A DNA stretch of 55,744 bases, filler included, from Perkinsus olseni (taxonomy: Eukaryota), in assembly GCA_013115125.1 (NCBI GenBank). It is 2 parts of 2 records of this genome, joined end to end, with 100 filler letters (N's around TTAATTAATTAA, not from the genome) between each part and the next. Parts side by side here need not be neighbours in the genome. Positions count along the whole stretch, not along the records: positions 27,923 to 55,744 come from JABANN010000460.1; 1 more part is not named here. One strand, written 5' to 3'. Under the pieces are notes generated by a model that saw only the letters and a program-made list of their open reading frames with translations, had not been told where the DNA came from and did no database searches. Positions 33,748 to 48,061 of this stretch are shown one piece after another. Each line of letters opens with the position of its first letter. Positions within the stretch are counted from its first letter, which is position 1. Position numbers and translations under genes: made by a program.

Positions 33748-35498
33748 ACATTCGTTGCTCGCAGATACGCCGAAGGATATCCGCACCCGATAAGCGGAGA
33801 GTTAGTCAAGACAGTATCTTCAATCGATATCAAGGATATAGCGGAGAGCATCAGGCCGAAACCTGCTGATAGAATGTGATAATCTTGCTGAGGCCTTCGC
33901 CCCAAGTATAGGTTTATTGATAGGTACATGTATTGGGATAGATATGATGAAGGATTGTTCATCGGTGGGAGGAACTCTGGAAAGTGGGTTTTCACAGCTC
34001 AGAAATGCCGGAGATGATGCGTGAGCGGGTTCAGGTGCATGCATGTTGATCAGTGTCTATGGTCTAACATAGGGAAGAACTACACTGGGTGGAAGCTATT
34101 GGCTTTGTGGTCGGTGGCTGATAGTAATGATGTAATCACTCAGCACTCCCTCGTCATGACTAAATTAACGTTTTTTAGATTCTTAATGAACTATCTCGTG
34201 AGACCTTCGAGCCACCGTTGAGCACACACCAAATAGCTGCCTTACGGAGAGCCTGTAGGATTGTATTAGTTAGGCCAGGGGATGTATGCCTCTTCTCGGG
34301 CGGTATAGCGCACACTGTAGGCATATGATCATGTTGTAGCAGTGTGTGGTATACGACTCATGGCAGGTGATCTCTATCAGTGAAGAGCTATCCATGACCG
34401 TCTATGAATCATTCGTTAGTATGAACCCACGTAACATCGAACATTGGCTCGATAGTGCTAATCCAGCAGTCCAGCATCCATCATTCACGGTAAGATACTC
34501 CCAATACAGTACTCGGTCCGACACATCACCATCCTATTAGATGCCGGATTCAGATCTAGATTCAATCGAGGATGATGTCCTTGATCATCTAGATAGGGTG
34601 GACTTTGTACTAGATAGAGAGGAGAGGGAAGCTGAGGAAGGTAGTGGACATATGAGTACTCCTGAACCCAAGTGAACATCAACCTATGCTCCCAGCTATC
34701 GCATCAGCATCATCATCGGATACTCCACACGCCTCGACGTTGACGCCAGATGTGGAAGATGCTGTCAGACATATCGATGCCTACAATGACTTCGAAGGGC
34801 ATCATTACCGCCACTATGGTTCTGCTATAGGTCAGTTGTCAGGCATATAATCATAGGAAGTCTTATGCTATCTTCAGATACAGCGCATAAGCATATCGCT
34901 GCAGCAGTGGAATGTGTGACAAGGAAACGAAAGTACGTACCAAAGGGAGCTGCAGGCAGTATAAGATAGGTAATGACAGGTACTTTCGGAAGGAGCTACG
35001 TAAGACGAAACGCCTCTGTGCATATGTGCACTCCCCGCGCACATAACAAGCGGGCGTTCTATAATACTACTCTTATTGTTGTTATATTGTGTAGCATTGT
35101 GCACGTTAACCATTGATGGCGATAATACCGTACTATTTCCATCAAACACGTTTCTTGAGTTGAGAAGCAGACTTGATAACGGCCTGGGCGCAGTGCAGCT
35201 TGCCACGTTGCGGTCAGTCTGGTTTGTTGTCATATTTCGTTAGGCTGGCAATGACTGCTCATCATCACCATCATTGCAGTGGATGCTATGATTTTGTAGG
35301 ACGGCTGTTGGAGGAGGCCAGGCATCCCAGACGGCCAGTAATCATAACATGGATAACCGTTTGCTCACACTCCCCTACTGATAGGCGTTTTCCCCCTCTC
35401 TTGCGGTGAGCAATGCAGTAGAGCCGGTAACACCAGCATCCAGCTATGACTTACTATCTTCGCGTATAATATCAACTACCGCTACCAGGAGCATAGAC

Positions 35499-36597
35499 AT
35501 GAATCATATAACCCACTCCGGCTACCTTGATAAGCAGTCCAAGCATCTCAAGAGGTTTCGAAGGCGTTATTGTGTAAGAAGGTTCACCAGGCAATCCTGC
35601 AGTTACTTGCATGCTCTAGGTGCTTATAATAGATAAATTATACACTTTCAAGCAGCCGGAGGATGTCGCACGTGGGCTCGTTACCGAGGTAGGGTCCAAT
35701 TCAAATCTATCCACTGAGATGTTCGGGTTTAGGTACTCGATCTTGGCTTAGCAGATTATCTTGTTGAATGGGAGATCACTCCTCGAGTACCGAATTATAA
35801 TATGATATCGGGGAAGTAGTAGTATTGAGAGTATGGTCATTATATCATGTACAGCCTCAAGGATGAGTAGATTCTCCTTCGAAATTGGCACAGAAGCCGA
35901 GACTCCGTCCAGGAGGGAATGGATGTTTGCTGCCGAGACAGAAGATGATAGGCGCCAGTGGATTCATAAGCTGGGCAGCTATTGCAGGTAGTCAATGCTG
36001 CGCCGGGGCTCATGCAAACAATCGCCCGGGTTATTGTTATGTCATCATTCACCACCACCCTCAGGCATGTTTGGCGACCCCCGCGTAGTGGATTGGATGG
36101 CCAGCTTCGGTTATTCTCGGCTAAGAAGAAGAAAGTCACTATGTCTGTTCCATCTGGTAGACCAGTGGGTATGCCTTCCAAACCTACTGTTGCTGTTGTC
36201 CAACAGGGAACTGGTAACAATGCCATCGCTGGGCCGGCGCTTGCCTGACTCCTGCCTTCAGAGCAAATGGAGGAAAGAGCGGAAAGAGTCCAAGTACTAC
36301 ATCCTCAGTCAGAGGTGATGGAGCAGGAGGAATTCGAAGTCGGGGTTGATAATCATGAGGGTGGTGATCATGATGATGGTGCCCTAGAGTGCGTATACAG
36401 CGATTGCTGCTGTATATGTCTCAAACAATTCGCCAGTGATGAGAGTGTAAGTCCAAAGTACTCCCTCTATCCATAACCATCATCATCGTTGTTGTCAGGT
36501 CTGGCAACTGTGCTGTGGTCACTACTTCTGTGTTCGATGTATCCAGAATTGGTCTAAATACAAGAGGACATGTCCTGTCTGCAGGGATGTCTTCTAG
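35499..36597 (+). CDS. PH-domain plus C-terminal RING finger protein (putative E3 ligase); multi-exon
   Basis: HSGYLDKQSKHLKRFRRRYCVLIIDKLYTFK...FEI...WMFAAETEDDRRQWIHKL (PH); CCICLKQFASDESVWQLCCGHYFCVRCIQNWSKYKRTCPVCR (C3HC4 RING); TAG at 36595-36597. Confidence 0.85.
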
Positions 36598-37102
36598 CCT
36601 ACTTCTAGGCTCTTTAATTGGTGACCACATCTACCACACGGCAGCTGAAATATGAACAACATTCGGCCATAGTTAAATATGAACATTGAATCGGGTGATA
36701 GGCGTATGATCATTAGACCGAAGGACATACCTACGGGCTTCTGTAAGACGACCACTGGCAACAAGGGTGCATGCTGCTGCTCAACCAAGTTCAAGCTGTT
36801 TGATGGGCAGCAGCTCATCATAATAAAGGCACCGCTCATTAGCATGCCCATTAAGCGGTCTCTGTGTCCCTGTTCTCAGTTTTTTTCAACTCGGTATATT
36901 TGTTCTGATTTCCGTAGGCACATCTGTTGCTTAGTTGTGAGTGCCTCACGAGAGGAAGGGGATTCGGATATGGCTTCCCATCACTTCTCTTCTAATTTCC
37001 ATGCGCAAGTAGCTGAAATGACCCGCCTATCATTGGGTTCTATCAAGACATGGTGCTCTACGCACATCAGGCTCAATATGCCGTCAGTCTCCTCCTATTC
37101 CC

Positions 37103-37794
37103 ATGCCCCCGCCCAGGAACCCTACGGGATCTGCACATCCCACGGCTGTAGGAGGAGGAGGCCGAGGCTCATTATCAGCGGTTTCTCAATCGTCTGATGG
37201 TGATGATGTCGATGAATTAGTGGATACTCTTAACTCATCGCTGGATGTTATCAAGGATGCACTCAGACAACCAGCCACTCCTGATAGCGCTGATTTCATT
37301 AATAATCTCATGCTCGAGGTGGTGCTCATACTCCTCTTGTATCTATAATTATGGATGCAGTGCTCTTTCATAACAGATACAGCAGAATAGAGATAAACTA
37401 CAAGCACGTGCTGAGGAGTTAGTCGAGAGTGGTCAGTTTGGCAGTACTGATCGTATATTTGAATCGCTGGAACAGGTATGTCATCATCAGCTTCACATAG
37501 TTCCACCTCTTGGTGAAACAGGTTAGTCAAGTAGAACCCCGGTTCGATACCTGGACCCGGAATATCACCCAACAACAACAACAGCAGCAAGGGGGGAATA
37601 GGCCCGCACTAGGAAGAGTTAACAGGCTTTTCAGTCGCCAAGGTGAGGAGGAGCTTAGTGCCGGCAGTCCATCTCCCCCATGGTGACGATGCAGGTAGCA
37701 GCAGTACGGATAGGAATGATCCACTTGCTACGATTCCCTCATTCGGGTTTGGCGAAGAGACCGAACGTCTCAATGCCTCTCCTCCTCCTCCTCC

Positions 37795-37836
<42 letters not shown>

Positions 37837-38943
37837 GGAATATGATGAAGCTAAGGTGCAGGCCTCCAACACAAGAAAAGTGAGAAGTCTAACCGCCCTC
37901 CATTCTAAACATCGCCTGAGGGAAACGCCCATGTCAGGCACTCGAGTCCGTACCAACACTTTCACTATCTGGAGTTGCTGGTCGGTCTAGACAGCAGTCT
38001 GGTAAGGTATCCTCATCACGGGGCAAGAGTAGTAGTAGGAGAAGGTCCCACTCGGCTAGAGGTGGCAGCAGGAAGTGGGTCCTCACGTCATGAAAGACCA
38101 CCATACCACGCCTTGCCTCATTACTAAGGCCTCGGTCGTCGGCGAAAACCCGTCGTACTCCTCGTCCTACGGAGGACCCATCGTCATCCAATGTGAACCC
38201 AACAGCAGCTGGTGATACTGCTAATACACTTCCGCAGCCTCCCAGCGATGAGGATCTTGCATGGGATGTAGTAGGAGATGGGTTTGATCAGGCCGCGGGC
38301 CCACATCATTACAACAACTTCACTCAGGCTCTACCTGTGCAAGGTGCATCAAGTGCTGCGGATGCAGTGGCAGCAGTAAACCCAATCCCTTAACTACGGA
38401 GAGAAATATTCCTCTTTTCAGTGGGACGATGCTTTTGCCAACGCTAACGATAATGCCTTCCAAACCATCCCCGACTTGACTACCAACACAAGCCAGCAAC
38501 AGGCCGGTGGTAGCCTATTTGATGGGGCGCAACCGATGGAACAGTCTGCTGCTGCTGCTGGTGCTGCTGCTGCTGGTGGCCATGATCATGCAGCGGCACC
38601 AGCTGGGGTTGCAGCAGCGACAGGTGGGTAATCGTTCAATCTGCCGTTTCCAGTGTGATCTTTGCAGGTCGTCCCGAGAGTGGGATGCCCACCTCTGCTT
38701 CAGCTCGTATGCGTATAAATCTCGGATGGGAAGATGGTGCAGCAGCGATGTTTGGTTCCAATAAGAAGTCAGCTCGTTCCAGCCTAGAGAGTCTCTTCAT
38801 TGACGTAGGTCTCGCAGTATAATGAAGCAAGAATGGAAGCCGCATTGGCGACTCACGTTCACGTATTCCTGTATTCTCAGGCCGTGGCCAAGTCGTTGAA
38901 GATTGACCCATCGAGGGTGAGAGTTAATAACGTAGTATTATGA
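37103..38943 (+). CDS. GAT-like helical domain protein with long low-complexity tail (poly-Q, poly-D); multi-exon, start uncertain
   Basis: DELVDTLNSSLDVIKDAL...FINNLMLEIQQNRDKLQARAEELVESG..DRIFESLEQ resembles a GAT three-helix bundle. Tail has WD/DxF-like motifs; last exon AVAKSLKIDPSRVRVNNVVL*. Confidence 0.55.
37796..37835 (+). repeat. (GAT)n microsatellite encoding poly-Asp
   Basis: About 13 tandem GAT codons in frame ([21 protein letters not shown]). Confidence 0.9.
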
Positions 38944-39670
38944 GTAGGATACTTACTCAACTGTCTATTACTTCTCTAAACCCTCCCAATGAATTACATC
39001 GCCGTTTTTCTGACACTAAACGGGTTCAGTTGTCATTCAATTACACAGAGAGTAGCCTCCTTGTGAAGACTGCTGCTCATTGTGCTATTGTCGCTTGGGG
39101 CTAGCAGTGCTTCAATGCACGAACGCACTTACGGTCGTACGCACGTCCGGTGTGGCAACGGTATATCTGATTGTGATTGATGACCCCTCCCGTGAACGTT
39201 CTGGAATGGCTACGCTCGTCATAATTCACTTCATCTCGTCTAATGTCTCCGACATCTTGTGACATTAGTAAGGGTGATACCAGCAGCAGTGAACAAAATC
39301 AATGGGTTGGCCTTAGAGGGTGACGTGACGTGGCTCGCCGCGACTATACGCTATGCAACAGCTGCCACCGGCTTCAGTACTACTCAGCTGTTAGACTATC
39401 ATCGCCGCAATTATCTTTGCTGCTACTGTGTATCATTGATCTTAGATAACCGTCTGACCTTATTCCTGAGCCTTTCACTCGCGTGCATGAGTATGAGCTC
39501 TAGGCTAGAACTTGCGCTAGGCTAGATTACGCTGTAGAACGTCATTATCGAGCAACTCCATTCGAGTGCAGCTTTTTAACTTTGAGGCATGTGTCAACTA
39601 TCCACTATGTACTGAGTTATAGTGCAAGCCCTTTGATTGCTGCTGTGCAATAGATAGTTGTCATCCACCC

Positions 39671-41090
39671 ATGGGCCAGCACGATCCGGAGGACAACCCT
39701 GCCAAGAGGCACGAACCATCTGATGATATACCTCGAGTGAGCCTTGCAGGGGCGGTGGCCAACCCGCATGACATTGATGTACTCCGATCTCTATCAAGAG
39801 AAGTATCAGCTGCAATGGAGAAGTGAGAGATGTTGTTGGGCTCGTATAATCAGTCGGTCTCTGGTATTAGGTACGGCTGCTTCATCATAGTCAATCACGG
39901 CGTGCCTCGGGAAGTCTGTCAGGATGTCGAGCAGACATCCAAAGAGTAAGGTCGGCGTACAGCTGTCGGAGGGTATATGCTCGTCGATGTTTAGGTTCTT
40001 CGATCTACCCGTTGAAGTGAAGAATGAGGTGCTGGCTACTGCAGATGATTTTGAAGGTTATGATGCCGGAGGAGAGCTTCTTTACACGAGTGAAGAAACG
40101 GAGGAACATCTGAAGGACACTCGTGGACAGGCCGATGCCAAAGAGTCCTATCAGATTTGGCCTTCTACTTCGAGCTATCCCGGGTCTACCCGATCAGGTA
40201 TGGATAAGATGTCCCTGGTGTACTCCAGATATTGGTACTGCTACTTCACCCTTAGGTGGGACCAAGTGGCCAAGATTGCCACAGGGTTTCCGTCAGAAGT
40301 ATATGGCTTATTACAGAGAGATGGAACGACGTGAGCTTTCGGAAGAATAGTATTGAATGAGTTCTCTAGCATTCTCAGTAACAAGTCTTATTTATCAACT
40401 GCTCGCCATCGCACTCGGGAAGGAACCTCAGTATTTTGAAGAGATGAATGAAGGGCATCTGGCAGTTTTACGTCTACTATGCTACAAGGACGTGAGTTCT
40501 AAGCGCTCCTCACCAGTATCTTCTTAGCACTCTAGCATCATCTTGTGCTCAGAATCCGAATGTGTCTGAGGGAGGTGTTAGATGTTCAGTCCATAGTGAC
40601 TGGGGCCCTCTTACTCTCCTTCGTCAGGCTAATAGCGATACTTGTGGCATGTAGGAGTTGTGTCGATGCGCCCTTGGGTAGATAGAATGCTGTAGGTATC
40701 TGCAGATAGTCGATCCATTGGGTGAGTGGATGGATGTGAAGACTAGGGGTGATGAAATATTGGTCAATACCGGCGATATGATCGACTATTGGACAAATCA
40801 TAGGTATGCATCTCGGGCTGCACCATCGATAAAGGAAGGTCACGGGATCCTCCATGCTCGCAATCTATTGTTGCTCCTGTAGGTGGGGGGCCATCAAACA
40901 TCGTGTTGTACAACCAGAAGGGCCACTTACAGAACCGAGGTATAGTTTTGCATACTTCCACGCTTTCAACCCCGAGTCCATGGCTGATCCACGCGATTTT
41001 GATCCCGAGGCTCCGAGCCGTCCCGTCAATCAATGGGATTATGTTGTTCGGAAGAAAGTTAACTCGATGTCGGCTGGTGATGCTGAGTGA
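39671..41090 (+). CDS. 2-oxoglutarate/Fe(II)-dependent oxygenase (isopenicillin N synthase-like, DIOX_N + 2OG-FeII_Oxy); multi-exon
   Basis: IPRVSL, YGCFIIVNHGVP, FFDLPVEVK, DAKESYQI, KWP; metal ligands HSD (VHSDWGPLTLL) and KHRVV; LVNTGDMIDYWTN; 2OG-binding RYS. Confidence 0.92.
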
Positions 41091-41199
41091 AATTTGCGTC
41101 CTTTTATCCGTGATTAGTAACTACGTTGTTAGAGATTTATCATTTTCTACAAGATCTGCCTTGAGTTTTGGGTGGGACAGTGCCACTGTCCCAGTGGTA

Positions 41200-44100
41200 G
41201 TGCTGACAGGAATTGTTATACACATTAGTACAAGAACTACGTCCGAATTATGCGGACGGAAGTGGAACTCTTGGGCCAATAACAATCTGTGTCAACCGAT
41301 GTACAGCCATGGCACAGTTCTACGAAACACCGACTTTAGAGCAAGTCAAACGCTGCAGATTCACCATAGGAAGGAGGCTGATAGATGTCCCCAAAAGTTG
41401 TCGTGAAGAATGTCAGCTCTGGTATGAGGGAGTCCGAGCCTGGATATGGACTTTTCGGGTCCCGGAGATGATGCTTGTGGTTGACACATTGTCGAAGGAG
41501 CTAGTGCTCGTGGTAGTGCACAGCCACTCCTGGCACGATAAACTTCCATAATCAAATCCTTCTTGTACCAAGATACATGCTAGTCTAACTTATCCAGACT
41601 CCGGCGTTGGATTTAAAACTCGCACCCACAAAGCTTACACCGTGAACAGGTAGGGAAGCTTCCATAGCGTTGGTGGCTACTGTCTGGACTCCTGCGAACT
41701 GCAAACACAACACTGCCATGATGAACATGAGTGCCATGTGTTGCAACCTCCATGCTTTGAGTCAACTCATGGATCACTAGGGTCGATTCTGACTGAGTGG
41801 CGAGTGTGGCAAACTTTGCACATATGAGTAGCCCTTCTCCTGGAACCTGACAGCTACCACTATTGATTGGGAAACACGGATTTACCCTGCTGCATTACCA
41901 TCCACGCATCCGAAGTTGGCGAGAGTATCAGCAGGACTACCAACAACGTCCTTCGGGCTGGATAAGATCACCTCTACAAACCTGTTGTAGCGTTCTGTGA
42001 AAACAACAAGGTGACAACATGGTTACGTTCCTGAACCATTTACCCATGCGGCTTCGGCGTCGGCGGCCTCCGCCAAGCTTCTCAGCAGGTGTTGCGGGAA
42101 GGAGTTTATCCGGCTGTTGAAATACCTGGTTGTTGAATGCGATAGTGAGCGAGTAGCAGCAGGGGATCCACCTCATCCGGCAATTGTCTTGCAACCTCAT
42201 CCTCGCCTTGTTCTGGTGGCTCCTCATCCTCATCATCATCATCCAAAGGCCTCAGTAGTTCCATCAGAATGGTAACATCACTCTTCCTGCGTCCTCGTGG
42301 GTTATGCTTACCCTTCACTCCTGCAGACGACCTACAGGCAGAGCGTTCTTGACCTTATCATCAGACGCCTCCGATGTAGAAGATCCTCGGATACCTACTC
42401 ATGTTTTCGTAGGGACTGACTTAGTTTGGTAGAGTAAGTCGATCGGAAGCGTGCTGAGCTGAGTCGACGTCCTGCCTGTTGCCATTTATCGGAGTAACTG
42501 CTACACCACCTGCTGGTAGGGTGAGAAGCCAAAACTCCCTACAATGTCGGCGAAGATGGCGGTGCTCCTCCTCCCCCTTGAGTGAGCACTGCTGAGGGAC
42601 TTTCAGTTAATATCATTGCATTGTCTCCTGTTGTAGCATCCTCTGAAGGCTTCCCCTTGCCAATGTCGTCGTCGGCTACCAACGCCGTCTGCTCCCGACC
42701 TATGAGTGAGATAGGTTGTGGCAGCCGCCAGAGAGGTATTCCGACCTAGTTTTGTAAGCATCTGCAGTCCTGTAATGGAGCTCAGGTCCCGCAAAGTTGG
42801 CACATTCATCCCAACCTCGGTGTGACCCACACTGTGAGGTGATGGTTGTGATAAAGCGTGACCACCTCCACGCTTCCACTCTCTGTCGATCGTCCTCATG
42901 TTCTCGTCATGTCTGATATGACTCCCTGATCGCTGAGTGTTCTTATATCCTATTACTTGTCTGTAAATTTCTGTAAGTGGCTTTCCTCTACCTCCCTGGA
43001 TTCACGAAAAGCGGCCTCGAACTGCGACCAATCAGAATCACTATCAATGGCAGAGTCTGTCGTAGAAGTTGAAGGAGAAGGACAGTCTGACATTAGAGTT
43101 CGACACTTGGCTATACTTGGTATACAGCAGCTCACTCCGATGGCAGCTACTGCTACTGGTCGTATCCATTTCTCCCGGTATAAGGCCTAGTTGCTGTAGC
43201 CCTCTGCGAATGTAGTAGAGATCAACCCTGTAGGACTTAGTACGGTTGAGCTTGGCTAACCCTTGTAACCTGGTAGTAACAAGAATACAGTAGTCGGAGG
43301 ATGATGTACTCTGATGACCTATGGCGCATGGTCTTCCTTCTCTTCTGCATCACGTGCCTCACATTTATTCGCCTCATTATCGTCGCATAAGGGGTATCTC
43401 TAGATAATAGCCATTTCATGGATACTGCACCTGTATGATGGTGGTGATGATGAACCGTGAACAGTACTACTACTCTACCTGGTATAAGGTGGTCTAACAA
43501 GCTCGGGCTGTAATCATCGTTTGTAGATACCTTCAACCCTGCGAGTAGTTCCTCACTATTTACCAGAGCATAGATATTGTAGGGAAGTCCATCTAGACAT
43601 TGTTGTCCTTCAAATGAGAAAAAGTCTGTCGCAGTACTCCGAGTGAGATGCCTCATTAGTGCCACCTATTCGAGGAATCCACTGGAAACCCAAATGCTGT
43701 CGTAGTCCTTGCTCACAAAAACTCTGTTGCACTGCTGCCTATCGAGCTCAGCGATAACCAAGTCATCGCCATCAGTAGCAGCGTCTGAACCTCCTGCCCC
43801 TGCCGCGCCAGCGCATAGCCTTTGTACCTGGACAGGGTTCGTCAGAGTGTGTATTGATGGTGTAACAACGCTCACACAGGCAGCAAGACTTGTAGCATTC
43901 TTGACGAGTGAGTAGAGTTGCCTCACATAGAGGCACCGATCTTCGTCATCATCATGTACATCAACCAGCATTCTCAGCTTATCATCTGCATCATGCCATG
44001 CCACAGTTGTGACGGGGGCGGCGGAGGGATGAGATAGTTAGACGACCTTCTACCTTTATCAGTGTCCATGTTAGTCAATAGCGTAAGACATGTGAGGAGC

Positions 44101-44250
44101 CTCATGAAATCGACACGGGTGACTTTAGTCGAGATGTTGTGTGTGTTGTCTTCCACTAAGGCGGTGATGCTGTTGCTGCTGCTGTTGCTGATGCTCATTC
44201 CACAGATACTGCATCGCACAGTGCTACCACGAGCGAGGGAGAAGACTCCC
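41200..44250 (-). CDS. Hypothetical multi-exon protein(s); boundaries uncertain
   Basis: Chain of coding-like minus-strand ORFs (43974-44279, 43666-44004, 43237-43665, 42953-43135, 42106-42318) separated by ~50-nt intron candidates; no family recognised. Confidence 0.45.
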
Positions 44251-44449
44251 CGAATGAGAGGCTCCTCGTGCCTAGGCACAGGCTTCCAACATCAATTGGA
44301 CCTTCGCTCTCATGTTACTTTCGGAATATGGCGAGCTTTCGACAAGCTGTAGAGAAGGTAGAGTATGAGAGGCAGCATGGCACACCGTTCGTGCTTCGAT
44401 CCTTCCCTTGCTTCAAGATCTGTGAGGAGTGGCCCATGACAGAGTCTAT

Positions 44450-47400
44450 CAGCATGCTGCTGGTGTTCCCACTACCATTCCTGCTAGCATGGGTCGTAGT
44501 TGATGTATCACCAGGTTCTGTGAGATCTTATCATTGAACGTTTGGACCTGGCCGGAATAGATCATGCTCGACTACGACTAGCGACTTGCAGCGACTAGCA
44601 CGACTTGGACCTAGCGGCAGCTGGTGGTGCAGAGATGATGATGCTGACCAGAAATGCTTCATTCTTCGGGCATGCATTCAACATGATCTCAATAAATACG
44701 CCACACCATGCCTTAGCTCTTCGACGGTTGGCCTCTAGTGTCTTCAGACCAGACGATATCGTACCCAGAGCATTAGCAATGAGTATCTAAGGGATGTGAT
44801 GAGGAACTAGAGATAGAATAGTAATCACTGTTTGGAAGGTTTGCATCGTAATCTCCCTCTCGCCATTACTGGCACTGTAGAAGATGCTCCTGAAACAAGT
44901 AGGTCACATACGGTAGAGCGGGCCTCGTGGGAAGGAGGCCGGACTACCGAGCTTCTTACCTCACCACACGCCCATTCAACTGGATCCCCACGTTCCAAAG
45001 GATACGATGAAGATCTGTCGAGGCTACCATCGATGGTGATTTCTTCCCACTACCGGGCAATTTGGACACTGCTTCATCCAATGATCCATAATTGAAGACT
45101 AGACAATCCTTGAGAGTGGCCCATAGACGCCCCATCAGCTCTGTATTCTCCTTCTTCCTATCCTGTACCTGCTGTAAGTTTTGACACATAGTCATGATGA
45201 TGATGATGATGATGATGACCACTACTACCTTGAATTGTCTATTGAGCTCTCTAACTCGTTGTAGTAGTCTTCTAGCCTCACAACCTTTGGCCGGATCCCC
45301 ACTGCTAATCATCATACTCCGTCTTATATCACTATTCATGAGTTACCCTCCATGCTGACAGGCCGCTGTCATCGTCCAGGAGTGTGCAAACTGCGGTGAT
45401 GAAGACTAGTTGTGCGTGGTGGTGGTATCGTAACACAAGGACCCTTCAGCAGTTTACAGAAGCATGAAATTATGAGGCTGCTATCATCAATAATTACGTG
45501 TCTGGATTATCATGTGCACTCTTGACTTCACACAGTAGTCATGACTTAGGTAGTGCTAGGTGGGGCTGGAGCAGAGGACAGATGTCCTATCACATGCAGC
45601 AGTGAATGGCGGATACTGGTGAGAATCCAGGGAGCCCGTTGATCATCGGCATCATGCCACGTCAACTGAGTGTACATTGTGATGTGTGTAGTCTTTCATT
45701 GGCAGGTGGTTGTATGATTCATCATTTCCTGCCGCTTCCGAGCTTCAACTCGTTTCCTACCCTCCTCTCGCATACGCTCAAGTTTCTCTGATGTGCCACT
45801 ACTACCAGAAGATACCTGAGTATGCTAACAACAGCAACAACAGCCGCCGCCACTCAAAAGGGGGCATCCACCAACCTTGTCACTTTCTGGATACTCACGA
45901 TCTATATACTCATCATCCGACCCAGCATCACTAATGGTCGGTGTTGGTATCCCAGAGAAGTCCATAGTCTCTGAGCCAGAGACAGGTCTGACTGTCTTCC
46001 TCCTTCCCACCAGAGCTTTACGTCGGTTGCGCCTATGACCTGGGCCCAATGGTTGGTAGGCTTCTGGGCTTGTGGTTACGGTTGACGATCCGCAGGTGGA
46101 GGGTGGAGGCTGAGGGCAACACATCCCTCTACCCGGGCTGATAATATAGGTGTGGTGATACGGTCTCACATGATGATCTCCCCTGGGTCGGGGTAGGTTA
46201 CCACCAACCTCAGAGTGTGTATCAGTCTCAGGAGGGTTAGTCTGTGGCAGCGAGGCTGCTGTTGTAGTAGCATCGCAATCTTTCGCCCCGTAATCCGGCA
46301 ACGTTGTTGTTGTATCATTGACAGGTATGAGGGCCTCCGTGGCCTCAGGGTTGGTCTCTGGATAGGACCCTCTCAGGAAGCAAAGGCTCAGGAAGAAGTT
46401 AGCCAGCTGTTGACCTAATTGACGACCTCCCTCTACCAAGTTTACAATACTAGCAGCAGTAGCCGAATACAGATGGTGGTATGATGATGATGTTGCTCCT
46501 CCTCAAGTTGTTGTTGTGTTGATGATCCTTGACTGGTATTACATACCCCGGTGGGTATGGTAGCGGCCATACTGTGAGACATAGATAACAGCAGCTCTAA
46601 ACCACTATGATATTACAACACCACACAAGGGCATCATCATAGTCACTATCATCAGTCAGCTGAAGCCGAGAATCATGCAACGGAGCAACAGCAGCGGAAA
46701 GGGAAGAGAGTGAAGGCCCCTGGTGGTTGCAGGTGCTGCTGATCGAGGACTCGGAGGGATGATAGTAATCAGTAGAAGAAATGCCTTCTCTCGTTATTAA
46801 TGATATTGTACCTCGATGATTGGAACTGCCCAGCATACTGTAATACAACAGTAACTCTTACTTTACACTGTTGTTGGTGATAGCCAACCTAGGTTGCAAA
46901 TAATAGGGGTCCGATCGGGTTAGCTTGTCCTGAGATTGTAATACTGATACCATATGGCCACACCATCGTAGCTCACCATCTTAGAGAAGTGGTTATTTAT
47001 CCGTGTTACCCCAAAGTCAAAGCATTCGAGCCTATCGCAGCTGTGATGCCTTCGTTTACCTATCATACATATTACCAGGGCAGCAGCAGTGGAGGGATGT
47101 GAGCAGTACCATGATGATGCCTGCCAGTAACTGTGGTCCCAACATCCATTGCATAGGTACTAGCCGTCTTGCAATGTGCGAAACTAGCTGACTCGCTATG
47201 AAGCTGATCTGGGCTCATCATACTCCGCTGCCCAGGGCCTGCTGGCGGCATCACCTGTGTCATACAGTGTGAACGATAGGCCTCCGAGCACACGAGTACG
47301 TACATGTCCTCTGGTAGTGCTGTTGTGGTCATACTCCTCCTTGGTTAGGATGACGGAAGGTGTATGCTTACCTTTTACCAATGCATACTGATGATATAAC

Positions 47401-47780
47401 GACTACGGCTCACCACAGACCACCCTTCTATCACTATTTAACGAACGTCTCATCTCTGGTGTTGGTGGGCTGAATAAGAGTATATTGTTCTACATATGGC
47501 TGTGATAGTACCGAAGTTCTCTCCTTCTAGTCTGATATTGTGAATAGCTCTGTGGGAAGGCAGACTGCAAGATCTGATTATCCATCCTCCGTTGTAGGCG
47601 TAGGTCACTCTTCCTATGGGTTTGTGGACCCTAATCATAAACAACAATGGGGGATACACCCGGTGTGGTCAGAGGCGGCTGCCTCCATCACCTCCAATGA
47701 CATCTTCATTAACCCTCGTGTATCTCTCGGATGCTTCATCATCATAGCATAGATATGCCCATCAACAGGCTCTGACTCCC
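44450..47780 (-). CDS. Hypothetical multi-exon protein with low-complexity middle and helical C-terminal region; boundaries uncertain
   Basis: Coding-like minus-strand ORFs 45825-46439 and 44956-45339 (LLQRVRELNRQFK..LWATLKDCLVFNYGSLDEA) with short intron candidates. Confidence 0.4.
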
Positions 47781-48061
47781 CTCCTACTCTCAGATCATGA
47801 GCCCTGCGACTGGCGGGAGGACGATGATCTACCATCGAATCCAAAGCTGCTCCTTTCTAGAGTGTGGGCAGTTCGAAAACGCGCACAACCGTTGGGAAAA
47901 TTCGAGTGAGCAAGAGTGCGCAAGTGTGTTGGGCGATGGTTTAAGCATGGCCGCTGGCGACCACTCATCGGGAAGCTACAAGTTGAGCGTTATTTGAGGA
48001 TAGCGTGTTAAGGTGCTCCTTGGGAATATCACTTACGTAGTGCCCCTTTCTATTGTCAATA

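Noticed and set aside
37532-37562. tRNA B-box-like ccccggttcgatacctgg
   Set aside because: It reads in frame as VEPRFDTWTRNITQQQQ within an exon of the GAT-like gene, so it is likely coincidental.
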